Source of the DNA: a phage
Direction: 5' to 3' (one strand)
Length of the DNA: 51,987 bases
Sequence record: PZ715803.1
A model generated the notes under the pieces. The model saw only the letters and a list, made by a program, of their open reading frames with translations, was not told the DNA's origin and did not search any database. A program made the translations under genes and the position numbers. Each line of letters opens with the position of its first letter. Within the stretch, counting starts at the first letter, position 1. This document shows, one piece after another, positions 28,431 to 36,234 of the stretch.

Positions 28431-28616
28431 TCACCAATCAAATTTCTGTTTGTCTCTGATGATCTCGTAAATTACTAACCACACCCAAACAAACCAGAAA
28501 GCGAGAACTATTTTATCGTCCTTGTCTGTCGCGCCAGAATATTTCGCAAACGCGCGGAACGTGAATAATCCTGAAATGTAAAGAAAAACAACCAAAAAAG
28601 CAAGTAACCAAATCAT
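28431..28616 (-). CDS. Small membrane protein
   Basis: Two hydrophobic segments; start overlaps upstream stop. Confidence 0.5.
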   Translation of the reverse strand: MIWLLAFLVVFLYISGLFTFRAFAKYSGATDKDDKIVLAFWFVWVWLVIYEIIRDKQKFDW

Positions 28617-28876
28617 TTATTTTCTCCTTCTACTACCAGAGTGTAAAGCAGAACAGGCTCTACCATGTCGCGGCGGCGTGGCTCTCGTGGCGAATCGGGC
28701 CATGCGCATTTCCCGTTTGACACAATATGTCCTACCAGGTCGCTAAGTTTTGAGATTCCATCTCGACGAATAACGTTGTACCCAATATCCTTGCCGTCAA
28801 TAGAATGGATCGCAAAGAAGCTCGGAGCGCCATCAATAATGTCTACCGCTTTAAAAAACTCGATCTTGTTAGCCAT
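28613..28876 (-). CDS. Hypothetical protein
   Basis: 87 aa; element promoter upstream. Confidence 0.6.
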   Translation of the reverse strand: MANKIEFFKAVDIIDGAPSFFAIHSIDGKDIGYNVIRRDGISKLSDLVGHIVSNGKCAWPDSPREPRRRDMVEPVLLYTLVVEGENK

Positions 28877-28932
28877 GATTTAATCCTCGTTTGTTGTTGA
28901 TGGGCTTACTATACCGCAAGCCCGTTGAGATG

Positions 28933-28951
28933 TTTTAACAAAAAGTGCTAT
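28933..28951 (-). promoter_or_regulatory. 19-bp element copy, then 22 bp containing a hairpin, then TATAGT
   Basis: Exact consensus; last base overlaps the phosphatase stop codon. Confidence 0.55.
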
Positions 28952-29742
28952 TACGCATTAACAAAATCGCCGTCGTCGTGTTCAAAGCACCAGCCAAAAC
29001 CTTTTTCATCCCACAAAAAGAATCGGTTTTTATCATGGCTATGAACATCATAAACCTTGCCTTTGATAAAGCTGGCATTGACCAGGCTGTCTTTGCTGCC
29101 GACGAATCGGGCGCGCTTCGTGATCTTGATTGATTCCACGCCGCAACGCAAACATTTACCATCAACCACGCTAAAACAGTGCTCGCCTTCGCATTCGATT
29201 TTTGACTTCAATTCATCCACGCCGTGAGATTGTATGTGAGCGTGTGGCTTGTCGTATTCCGTGACCTGATAGGTTGTGATCCCCAAGCTGCGGAAGTGCT
29301 TAACCACGTTCGGCGAATCGTCAAAGGCGCAAACAATGTTGTCCAGGCCAATAGCGCGCAAGGCTTCTTCTTTAATAACCGTATCCTTTCGGTTGTCCTC
29401 CTGGCGGCGCATGATGATTTCGTCAAACTTCACGCCGTTCTCATTCAACCATTTGCAGGTTTCATAGCGAACCTCGTCGCTGCGTCCGGTCAAGATGACG
29501 ATGGCAAATCCCGACACCCATAAACCGTTAATAACCGCGATAGTGCTTTTAATCGGTGAATCTCCGGCGGCGGCCCTGTTAAACTCGCGCCACGATTCCG
29601 TAAGGTGCAAGTTTTCAGTTGGCAGCAAATGCAAACGATGCGATCCGTCCGATAGTGTTCCGTCCAGGTCAACGATAACAATCGGCTTGCTGGTGATTAA
29701 TTCGTACTTCTTGCCCCACAGTTCGAAAGTGTATTTTTTCAT
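28951..29742 (-). CDS. HAD-family phosphatase (polynucleotide 3'-phosphatase-like) with Cys-rich C-terminal region
   Basis: DxDGT motif (VDLDGTLSDG) near N-terminus; C-terminal CxxC...CxxC. Confidence 0.75.
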   Translation of the reverse strand: MKKYTFELWGKKYELITSKPIVIVDLDGTLSDGSHRLHLLPTENLHLTESWREFNRAAAGDSPIKSTIAVINGLWVSGFAIVILTGRSDEVRYETCKWLNENGVKFDEIIMRRQEDNRKDTVIKEEALRAIGLDNIVCAFDDSPNVVKHFRSLGITTYQVTEYDKPHAHIQSHGVDELKSKIECEGEHCFSVVDGKCLRCGVESIKITKRARFVGSKDSLVNASFIKGKVYDVHSHDKNRFFLWDEKGFGWCFEHDDGDFVNA

Positions 29743-29753
29743 TATCAAACCTA

Positions 29754-29975
29754 TCAATTAAAATGGATTTGCCTGTATTCTATTTCATCTGCCAGATCAT
29801 TTAACTTATCTGCCAGCTTGCGCACTTGGTCAACGGTAAGTATCGACCTAAAATCCGGCCTACGACCACCTTCAAACGTGCCATCAATAAACACGCGATC
29901 GCCGAACTTGTATACATCAATCGCGTCGCCGTGGTTATCAGTAAACCTGTGCTTGACGCGATTATTTGTTTTCAT
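29754..29975 (-). CDS. Hypothetical protein
   Basis: 73 aa. Confidence 0.6.
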   Translation of the reverse strand: MKTNNRVKHRFTDNHGDAIDVYKFGDRVFIDGTFEGGRRPDFRSILTVDQVRKLADKLNDLADEIEYRQIHFN

Positions 29976-30192
29976 CTTTCACTTCCTCAAATTCAGCCAT
30001 TACCATAGCGTGTGCCATAACCTTAGTGCCTTCGCCGCCGTTCAGGAACATGCGATGCCCCTTACTATTGCTCACGTAAAAAGATCCGGTTGATGATTTC
30101 AGTTTTTGCGCCGTATAGATTTCGCCAGGCTTGAACATGCCAGAGCAAGCATAGTTAACGGAAACGCATTTCATCTTCTTTTTAATGTACAT
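29962..30192 (-). CDS. Hypothetical protein
   Basis: ATG 30192 with AAGGAG RBS; element promoter with consensus TATAAT upstream. Confidence 0.6.
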   Translation of the reverse strand: MYIKKKMKCVSVNYACSGMFKPGEIYTAQKLKSSTGSFYVSNSKGHRMFLNGGEGTKVMAHAMVMAEFEEVKDENK

Positions 30193-30246
30193 CGTTTTAT
30201 CTCCTTCGTTGAAAGTGAGGCCATTATACCTGGCCCCACATTTGAG

Positions 30247-30265
30247 TTTTAACAAAAAGTGCTAT
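30247..30265 (-). promoter_or_regulatory. 19-bp element copy, then 21 bp, then TATAAT
   Basis: Exact consensus element and consensus -10 hexamer. Confidence 0.6.
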
Positions 30266-30414
30266 TTCTTAATACATAGCGTGTGAGTGTACGCATAAAA
30301 CCTGTTGTTGTTCTTGATCTGCTCTCGCGCCTCAATGCAAGATTGCTGGCTATTCATTTCGATATGGTCAACGCCGCCATCAATCATAAGAATCAGCAAA
30401 ATCCAGGTAGCCAT
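30262..30414 (-). CDS. Small hydrophobic protein (about 50 aa, below ORF-track cutoff)
   Basis: ATG with GAGGTGAGAG upstream; stop codon TAG lies inside the element copy. Confidence 0.3.
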   Translation of the reverse strand: MATWILLILMIDGGVDHIEMNSQQSCIEAREQIKNNNRFYAYTHTLCIKK

Positions 30415-30490
30415 CTCTCACCTCAATAAAAGCTAAACAGGTAGGCAAACAATCCGATCCATGCGGCGACGTGCGCCGCAGTGAGCAAAC

Positions 30491-31384
30491 TCAAATCTTC
30501 ACCTTCCACTTAACCATCGTTCCGCGCTTGATGCTGATCTCACCCGCAACAGTCCGGTTTTTAGTGCCGCCGTAGTGAAGCAGGAGAATAACAACATCAT
30601 CATGAATCTCGATCGTCTTTGGTGTAGCCGTTAATTCATACCATGTGCCGTCATCAAGCCGGACTCCTTTTAGCGTGGCTGCAACTGGCATATCTTCAAT
30701 CGCGCCCTGCGTTACGATTTCTTGATAGGCAAAGGCGCTCTTATCAATACGCCAGCCTCCAGGCGCTTTCATTTCGGCAGCCGCTTTGTGGATCTCCTCG
30801 CCAATGATTTTTTGAATTGACGTCTTTCCGCCGCCGAATGGAGTTTCTCCAAACAAGTGTTTTGTAATGTCTTCCACGTAGTACACTTTATCCTCTTCGT
30901 TGTGCGGATTGAATTTGTTGTGACCGTTGACAAAGAAATCAACTTTCAACTCTGATTTCGTGCCATCGCTATAAACGCCATTGTCGCGCGATGTGTAGCG
31001 AATCGTTGACTTACCAGTCGTGTGGAACGTGATCGGATACTTGATATTATCCACGCTTAAGCACCACAGCTTTTTGTAGTCGCAGGTTTTCATGTGGACC
31101 ATCGGAATCTCTGCGCGTTCCGGTGAGCGCACTGGTAACACCTGGCCCTTATATGGCTTGTAGTGCAAACATGTGTAGCCTGGCATTGCATAGCCATAGT
31201 CTTTAAGGGCGTGGTAGTGCGTATTGTGTGCATCAATAAAGTGTTCAATCTCCATTGTTGATGGGCTTAGTTTGTCGCTATTCATATCAACCTTATGGCA
31301 TGTTTTTTCATCGGTAAAAATGTAATGACCAATGCCGCGAGATTCGAAGGTGATCGGGAATTTAATGTCAGCAAGTTTTAACAT
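30491..31384 (-). CDS. Hypothetical protein with internal tandem duplication
   Basis: 297 aa; repeated IK(F/Y)PITF..G module at residues about 7 and 115. Confidence 0.75.
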   Translation of the reverse strand: MLKLADIKFPITFESRGIGHYIFTDEKTCHKVDMNSDKLSPSTMEIEHFIDAHNTHYHALKDYGYAMPGYTCLHYKPYKGQVLPVRSPERAEIPMVHMKTCDYKKLWCLSVDNIKYPITFHTTGKSTIRYTSRDNGVYSDGTKSELKVDFFVNGHNKFNPHNEEDKVYYVEDITKHLFGETPFGGGKTSIQKIIGEEIHKAAAEMKAPGGWRIDKSAFAYQEIVTQGAIEDMPVAATLKGVRLDDGTWYELTATPKTIEIHDDVVILLLHYGGTKNRTVAGEISIKRGTMVKWKVKI

Positions 31385-31463
31385 GGTGCTTTCTCCTGAT
31401 TGGTTTTGTGGGCGACGCCGTGCCGCCCTATGTGATTTATTATGCCTGGTTATCGCTTTCGAG

Positions 31464-31482
31464 TTTTAACAAAAAGTGCTAT
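31464..31482 (-). promoter_or_regulatory. 19-bp element copy, then 22 bp, then CATAAT
   Basis: Exact consensus; directly downstream of the stop of 31483..31668. Confidence 0.55.
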
Positions 31483-31668
31483 TTAGAATTTTACCTCTTC
31501 CACAAGCTCAACCATCTTGTAACCAAGACGATAAGAGTCACCGAACAACAAGATCCCCATAAATTCATCGTGGCTTATTGACTCTTTGCCAACCGTTCTA
31601 AGCTCTCCGTTGTGAATCACAGTATCGCCGATCTTGATTTCTGATTTATGGACTAATTTCGTTTTCAT
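31483..31668 (-). CDS. Hypothetical protein
   Basis: 61 aa. Confidence 0.55.
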   Translation of the reverse strand: MKTKLVHKSEIKIGDTVIHNGELRTVGKESISHDEFMGILLFGDSYRLGYKMVELVEEVKF

Positions 31669-31683
31669 TTATTCACCCGCTAA

Positions 31684-31869
31684 TTAAAAGAAAGCTACAT
31701 AGTTTGCAATGCCTTTTGCGTCGTCGTTTGGCATTGCTTTTACAGCCAGGTCATAACCCGCCTCTACCTTCTGCTTTGCTGTTTCTTCGTTGTAGCCCCA
31801 GATAACCAGGATTTTAACTACGTTTTCTTTGTTCAGGACTTTAAGGTCTTTGGTGATGCGACGTGCCAT
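31684..31869 (-). CDS. Hypothetical protein
   Basis: 61 aa; element promoter with hairpin and CATCGAAAC leader upstream. Confidence 0.6.
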   Translation of the reverse strand: MARRITKDLKVLNKENVVKILVIWGYNEETAKQKVEAGYDLAVKAMPNDDAKGIANYVAFF

Positions 31870-31926
31870 TTTTGTTTCCTCAATCTCGTTTCGATGAGGC
31901 TATTATGCCAGGCTTTGCGCCTGGCG

Positions 31927-31945
31927 TTTTAACAAAAAGTGCTAT
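31927..31945 (-). promoter_or_regulatory. 19-bp element copy, then 22 bp containing hairpin GCCAGGC..GCCTGGC, then CATAAT
   Basis: Exact consensus; stop codon of the upstream lipoprotein gene embedded in the element. Confidence 0.55.
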
Positions 31946-32202
31946 TTAATATCTGTTGTGACTTGCTGGTGCATTACGTTCTTTCCGCTGTTGTACGTGC
32001 TATCCGTTGCGCCTTTGCAATTGGTGTAATAGATCGCGCGACCGTTATCATAGAATCTGTATGCTGTGCATCCGTCAACAGTGAACAGGCGACCGACTTT
32101 GAAATCTGACTCCACGCCTACGACAACCGTTGATTCTGATGCCTTTTCGCATCCGGTCAGGAGTGTCATTGCCGCCAAAACGCCGATTAATGCCTTTTTC
32201 AT
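31942..32202 (-). CDS. Lipoprotein (second predicted lipoprotein; candidate receptor-masking / superinfection-exclusion protein)
   Basis: Signal peptide with lipobox LTGC; two additional Cys. Confidence 0.7.
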   Translation of the reverse strand: MKKALIGVLAAMTLLTGCEKASESTVVVGVESDFKVGRLFTVDGCTAYRFYDNGRAIYYTNCKGATDSTYNSGKNVMHQQVTTDIK

Positions 32203-32666
32203 TATTGCTCCTCCTCTTTGATGATTTCGCGGATCATATCCTGGTAGCGGCTTACGCCCTCACAAGCTCCAGCCAGTTTATCCCCTTCCAGGTCCACGAT
32301 GTTCGGGATTGCTGCCAGTAAGCGATCGGCAAACTTTTTGATCGCCCTTGCCTTGATGGCTGGCAATTCTTCGGGTGTGATGATTTTCCTTTTCGATTCG
32401 CGCACCATGCGGAAAACGTAAAATTTATCATCTTCCGTTTCCTCGACCTTGATACTTACCCGACCTGCGGCCCTTACTTCTGGAACGCGGTTGATAATGG
32501 TCCGGCTGTAGGATGAACTGCGCGTGATCTTGTAGCAGTCGTCACCGCTTAACATTCCGGCCAGGTCAATTAGTGACATTTTATACTCTTCAATATCGCC
32601 ACTAGCCAGGCGGCGACCAAGCTCGCGAAGCCAATCGCAATAGTCCTTAGTGGTCTTCTGTTCCAT
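32202..32666 (-). CDS. Hypothetical early protein (first gene of leftward early operon)
   Basis: ATG 32666 with GGAGG RBS downstream of a near-consensus sigma70 promoter. Confidence 0.65.
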   Translation of the reverse strand: MEQKTTKDYCDWLRELGRRLASGDIEEYKMSLIDLAGMLSGDDCYKITRSSSYSRTIINRVPEVRAAGRVSIKVEETEDDKFYVFRMVRESKRKIITPEELPAIKARAIKKFADRLLAAIPNIVDLEGDKLAGACEGVSRYQDMIREIIKEEEQ

Positions 32667-32697
32667 TTCCTTTCCTCCAGTTGTTGACTGTTGGCGC

Positions 32698-32725
32698 ATT
32701 ATAAAAGCTATTTGGTGCGTGTCAA
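32698..32725 (-). promoter_or_regulatory. Near-consensus sigma70 promoter (TTGACA-16 bp-TATAAT) for the leftward early operon
   Basis: Both hexamers consensus, read on minus strand about 30 bp upstream of the first early gene. Confidence 0.55.
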
Positions 32726-33159
32726 TGTTTTTGTTGTATTCAAAACGTTACCAATATCGAAAAACTACAAAATCATGCGCAAGTTATTGATTTCGCGGCT
32801 GTTATTTTTCTGTTCACGCTGTTAACGCAATCCGCCGGAAAAAGTATATATACATATGCAATCCGCCGCGCGCGCAACTATCCATATATGCCCACACACA
32901 ACCACACCATAACCAACAAAAAGCACTGTAACAGTGAGAACAAAAAGAAAACATTATAGATATATATAAATAAATAATCTTTATTTTCAATGTATTATAG
33001 AGGGATTTTTTTGTTTTTTCCGTTTTCGCTACACCGGAAAACCGCGCGGAAACATGCCGCCTGAAATCGGTAACAGGGGTGAACAAAAGACAACAACCAC
33101 TGACAGCCAGGCAAAAAAGTGAGGCAAGAGGGGAAGGTTTCACTATCTCCCCTGCAACC

Positions 33160-33250
33160 AATGATTAAACGTGATTGCTTTTCTCATCAAATTTGCAAAG
33201 GCAATCATCATTTTGACGTGATTTGATTACGAATGATTACTTTTGATTAT
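33160..33250 (+). repeat. Cluster of TGATT(A) direct repeats at 10-11 bp phasing (iteron-like)
   Basis: TGATTAC, TGATTAC, TGATTAT at about 33224, 33234, 33244, plus TGATTA/TGATTG at about 33160-33180. Confidence 0.45.
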
Positions 33251-33280
33251 TTCTATCGCAATCCTGGCGCTAACCGTCAA

Positions 33281-33299
33281 ATAGCACTTTTTGTTAAAA
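33281..33299 (+). promoter_or_regulatory. 19-bp element copy, then 22 bp, then TACATT; promoter of the rightward early operon
   Basis: Exact consensus; CATCGAAAC leader and GGAGA RBS follow. Confidence 0.55.
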
Positions 33300-33358
33300 C
33301 TCAGGCCACCTGATCGGGTACATTGCACACATCGAAACGAACCGCTCAGGAGATAGCA

Positions 33359-33631
33359 ATGAACATCAGCAAAACCACTTTCAATTTCGCCAAGCGTCAC
33401 GGTCTGGATCTGACTGTTGAAGATTTTGGCGATGTTCTGCAACTCTGCATTTGGGAAGCAGATAACGATTGCGAGTGGCTTTGCTCTTATCGCATCAACT
33501 ACGATTGCTTGACCTGGCACGGCAATATCTATCTGCCGCAAGAAGTGAAAGAAGAATTGCCAGCGACTATCAACAACGAGGTTTTCTTGCGTCAGGTGCT
33601 GAAATTTATCAGTGAGGAGATCAAGAAGTAA
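33359..33631 (+). CDS. Hypothetical protein
   Basis: ATG 33359 with GGAGA RBS (ORF-track start 33323 is upstream). Confidence 0.6.
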   Translation: MNISKTTFNFAKRHGLDLTVEDFGDVLQLCIWEADNDCEWLCSYRINYDCLTWHGNIYLPQEVKEELPATINNEVFLRQVLKFISEEIKK

Positions 33632-33897
33632 TGGCGGTGATTACCGAAAATGATTTGGATCTGGCGGAGGCGTTTTGCAGGGCCGCCAGGGCTAACCTGG
33701 ATGTGATGACTAAATTTCTTCCGGCGCGCACACTCTTTTCATGTGCGCCCGTGAATAAACCGACTCGCGTGATGATCGTGATTGAAGGTGATGGCCTGTA
33801 CGCTGAAAAGACGTTCCACATCAGCAACATTAAGGGCCGTGCTGATTTTATCAATGATGTTTGCTTATTGCAGGAGAAGAAAAAATGTTGGATGTGA
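33631..33897 (+). CDS. Hypothetical protein (shares F-INxVC motif with next gene)
   Basis: 88 aa; start overlaps upstream stop. Confidence 0.6.
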   Translation: MAVITENDLDLAEAFCRAARANLDVMTKFLPARTLFSCAPVNKPTRVMIVIEGDGLYAEKTFHISNIKGRADFINDVCLLQEKKKCWM

Positions 33898-34094
33898 TCA
33901 AGAAAGCACATGAGATGGGTATGGATGTTTCAATCAGTGATGCGCAACGCTATAACCGCTCAATGCCTGAAAACATGGTTGTAGTCATCGTGCATAATCA
34001 TAAGTTTGAATGCCGCGCAATTCTTGAGCGTGACAACAAAGGGGCGCAAAGCAATTTTATCAACGAAGTCTGTGATCTGTATGGGCGTATCTGA
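33885..34094 (+). CDS. Hypothetical protein (paralog-like to 33631..33897)
   Basis: ATG 33885 with AGGAGA RBS. Confidence 0.55.
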   Translation: MLDVIKKAHEMGMDVSISDAQRYNRSMPENMVVVIVHNHKFECRAILERDNKGAQSNFINEVCDLYGRI

Positions 34095-34095
34095 A

Positions 34096-34308
34096 ATGTT
34101 CAAGAAATTGTTATGGCTGTACCGCTCCAGGCGCAACAAGGGATATTGCAGGGGCACGGAAAGGAATCTTGACCGCGCTTATAAATACTGCCTGTTATTG
34201 CTCGCCAGGATGCCGGAAAACAGGAAGGAATATATTGCACTGCGGGAAATAACAATGCGGATATATAGTTACCGCAATAAACTATACGTCTTTAAATCTT
34301 TACGATAA
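34096..34308 (+). CDS. Small Arg-rich basic protein (uncertain)
   Basis: ATG 2 nt after upstream stop; no clear RBS; fills the gap to 34321. Confidence 0.3.
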   Translation: MFKKLLWLYRSRRNKGYCRGTERNLDRAYKYCLLLLARMPENRKEYIALREITMRIYSYRNKLYVFKSLR

Positions 34309-34320
34309 GGAGTAATAACC

Positions 34321-34584
34321 ATGAAAATTAATGCACCTATTCCAGTTAAGCGCAAAGCACGTTTGCTCAACAACGGATGTTACGCCCTGCGGCCTGCATT
34401 TAAGGATCGCACATTTCCGGTTATCGTTAACGTGTCTCACGTAAGCCGTAGCGGGAATATGGTATTCGTTAAAGGTGAAGATCTGACGGCGCTTGGATTC
34501 TATGGCGGTGTTCACGGCGAACCGCTCGGATTCTGGCTTGTAGATCTGTTAACTGGAGAGCGTGAAATCGAATTCTTGGACTAA
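34321..34584 (+). CDS. Hypothetical protein
   Basis: AAGGAG RBS; 87 aa. Confidence 0.7.
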   Translation: MKINAPIPVKRKARLLNNGCYALRPAFKDRTFPVIVNVSHVSRSGNMVFVKGEDLTALGFYGGVHGEPLGFWLVDLLTGEREIEFLD

Positions 34585-34603
34585 ATAGCACTTTTTGTTA
34601 AAA
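34585..34603 (+). promoter_or_regulatory. 19-bp element copy, then 22 bp, then TACATT
   Basis: Exact consensus immediately after the stop codon of 34321..34584. Confidence 0.55.
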
Positions 34604-34661
34604 CTCAATCCTCGTATTCCTGTACATTACACGCATCGACAACGAATGCGAGGATTTGAAA

Positions 34662-34814
34662 ATGGTTACTCTGATTACCTGGGAACACGAAAACAGCCAG
34701 CCGGAAGCGCGCGAATTTGAAACCGTAGCCGCTTGTTACAACCTGGCGAAAAATGGCGGATTCTACAAGGCGCAAATCGTTAACGAGTTTGGAGTTGTTG
34801 ACTATGAGTTCTAA
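34662..34814 (+). CDS. Small hypothetical protein (50 aa, below ORF-track cutoff)
   Basis: ATG with GAGGAT RBS right after the element promoter; overlaps next start. Confidence 0.45.
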   Translation: MVTLITWEHENSQPEAREFETVAACYNLAKNGGFYKAQIVNEFGVVDYEF

Positions 34815-35094
34815 GTTTTACAGCTACACCGACACAGTTGATTTTGAGGGGATACAATTGCCCCTCCCAAATATATACCGCTATATCACTCGTGACGAGC
34901 GCGGATTTATTGAAGCCTGGCGCGCTAAGCCAGTGCGGGATCTTGAATTTGGCGGCTTCCGTTCGCTTGAAGGTGAATTGCCGATCTGCTTTGGTCATCA
35001 AAGCGGTGAAAGCCTTCCTGTTGTTGCGCGTAAGTATCGCCGCCACAAGATCACAAGGCAACTTATCTCTTTAACTGGAAAAGTTGTTGAATAG
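34804..35094 (+). CDS. Hypothetical protein
   Basis: ATG 34804 with GGAG RBS. Confidence 0.55.
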   Translation: MSSKFYSYTDTVDFEGIQLPLPNIYRYITRDERGFIEAWRAKPVRDLEFGGFRSLEGELPICFGHQSGESLPVVARKYRRHKITRQLISLTGKVVE

Positions 35095-35109
35095 CACTTT
35101 TTGTTAAAA
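35091..35109 (+). promoter_or_regulatory. 19-bp element copy, then 22 bp, then TGgTATATT (extended -10-like)
   Basis: Exact consensus; stop codon TAG of the upstream gene inside the element. Confidence 0.55.
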
Positions 35110-35165
35110 ACGATGTGCGCCTGAATGGTATATTACACCCATCGACAACAAGAGAGGATTTAAAG

Positions 35166-35363
35166 ATGGAAAATCATGTTGATGTTAAAGTTGTTAAGCG
35201 CGACAAGTCTCACGAAAAAGGTTTGTTTAAGAAAGGTGCTGAAATCACCATTGACCTTGATGATATGGAGGCGTACCACTCAGGGCTAACTTGGAACGTG
35301 CGCAAATGTGAAAACGGCCTGTTCAAGTTAAATGGCTTTGAAACATACATGGAGATCATTTAA
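35166..35363 (+). CDS. Hypothetical protein
   Basis: ATG 35166 with GAGGAT RBS. Confidence 0.6.
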   Translation: MENHVDVKVVKRDKSHEKGLFKKGAEITIDLDDMEAYHSGLTWNVRKCENGLFKLNGFETYMEII

Positions 35364-35644
35364 TGGCATACGAAAAGAATGATTTCAATAGCGCAAGAGA
35401 AAAAATCAAGGCAGCGCGAATTAAACAGCGTGCCTTTAGATTCTGGCTGGACTATCGCGATCTAAGAAAAGAGATGGATACGCTCATTAAGACTGGTAGC
35501 GCATTCTGCTCTAATAGAACGGTTTGGCGAAATATGAATGCGCAGTACGGCCAGGGTAAAATTCGTGTATTTGGCGGCGCTGTTGATGCTTATGTATTTA
35601 GCGCAACAAGGGCTGTAAGTTTTAACGTAACTGGGATCGCATAA
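35363..35644 (+). CDS. Hypothetical protein
   Basis: TAATG overlap with upstream gene. Confidence 0.6.
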   Translation: MAYEKNDFNSAREKIKAARIKQRAFRFWLDYRDLRKEMDTLIKTGSAFCSNRTVWRNMNAQYGQGKIRVFGGAVDAYVFSATRAVSFNVTGIA

Positions 35645-35856
35645 TGGCAAAGCAATTAAAACTTAAATGCGTAGAAACTTATAACTCAATTTGGAAATTT
35701 ACGCGCGAAAAAGAATATCCACTAATGGGAAATCTCAAAGAAGATCCTCATGTAATTTCAGATAATGGTATTCACCTTTATTTGATGGAATACAACGATG
35801 GGTATATTGGCGCTGGTCTTCCAGGTCATAAATTTAAGCTGAAAAATAAGAAATGA
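35644..35856 (+). CDS. Hypothetical protein
   Basis: TAATG overlap with upstream gene. Confidence 0.6.
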   Translation: MAKQLKLKCVETYNSIWKFTREKEYPLMGNLKEDPHVISDNGIHLYLMEYNDGYIGAGLPGHKFKLKNKK

Positions 35857-35964
35857 GGCTATTTATTTTCAAAAACGCTTGGATGGTGGCGGTTGCAAAT
35901 GACCATTACGGCGGCGACGGAAAAAGAGCGCCACGTCATTCATATTTCAATTGAGGATATTTAA

Positions 35965-36192
35965 ATGAAAGCAAAAGTTTTAAACATTATGGCAACTATT
36001 GACGCTCATCACCGCGTGGCTGTAAAACTTGATAAGTCCTGCGGAATTAGCCAAATCACTATCACCGAGGGCAAAGGCGGCTATCTTATTGGCATCCATC
36101 CAGGCGGCAAGGTGCGCAAATACAATAAAGATCAGGTAAAAGAATTACTGGAAGAAAACGCTTTCTATATTCAAAGTTGGCGCGCTCTTTAA
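35965..36192 (+). CDS. Hypothetical protein
   Basis: 75 aa; GAGGAT RBS. Confidence 0.6.
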   Translation: MKAKVLNIMATIDAHHRVAVKLDKSCGISQITITEGKGGYLIGIHPGGKVRKYNKDQVKELLEENAFYIQSWRAL

Positions 36193-36202
36193 TTAATCTG
36201 GC

Positions 36203-36219
36203 GGCGTTTTGCCGCCTTT
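36203..36219 (+). other. Hairpin GGCGGCG-TTTT-GCCGCC followed by TTTTAAATG (weak terminator / attenuator)
   Basis: Inverted repeat with T-run. Confidence 0.35.
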
Positions 36220-36234
36220 TAAATGAGGTGAAAA

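Noticed and set aside
30491-31384. RNA ligase partner for the kinase and phosphatase
   Set aside because: No KxDG or KxHG nucleotidyltransferase motif I with matching downstream motifs could be found by eye in this or any other early protein.
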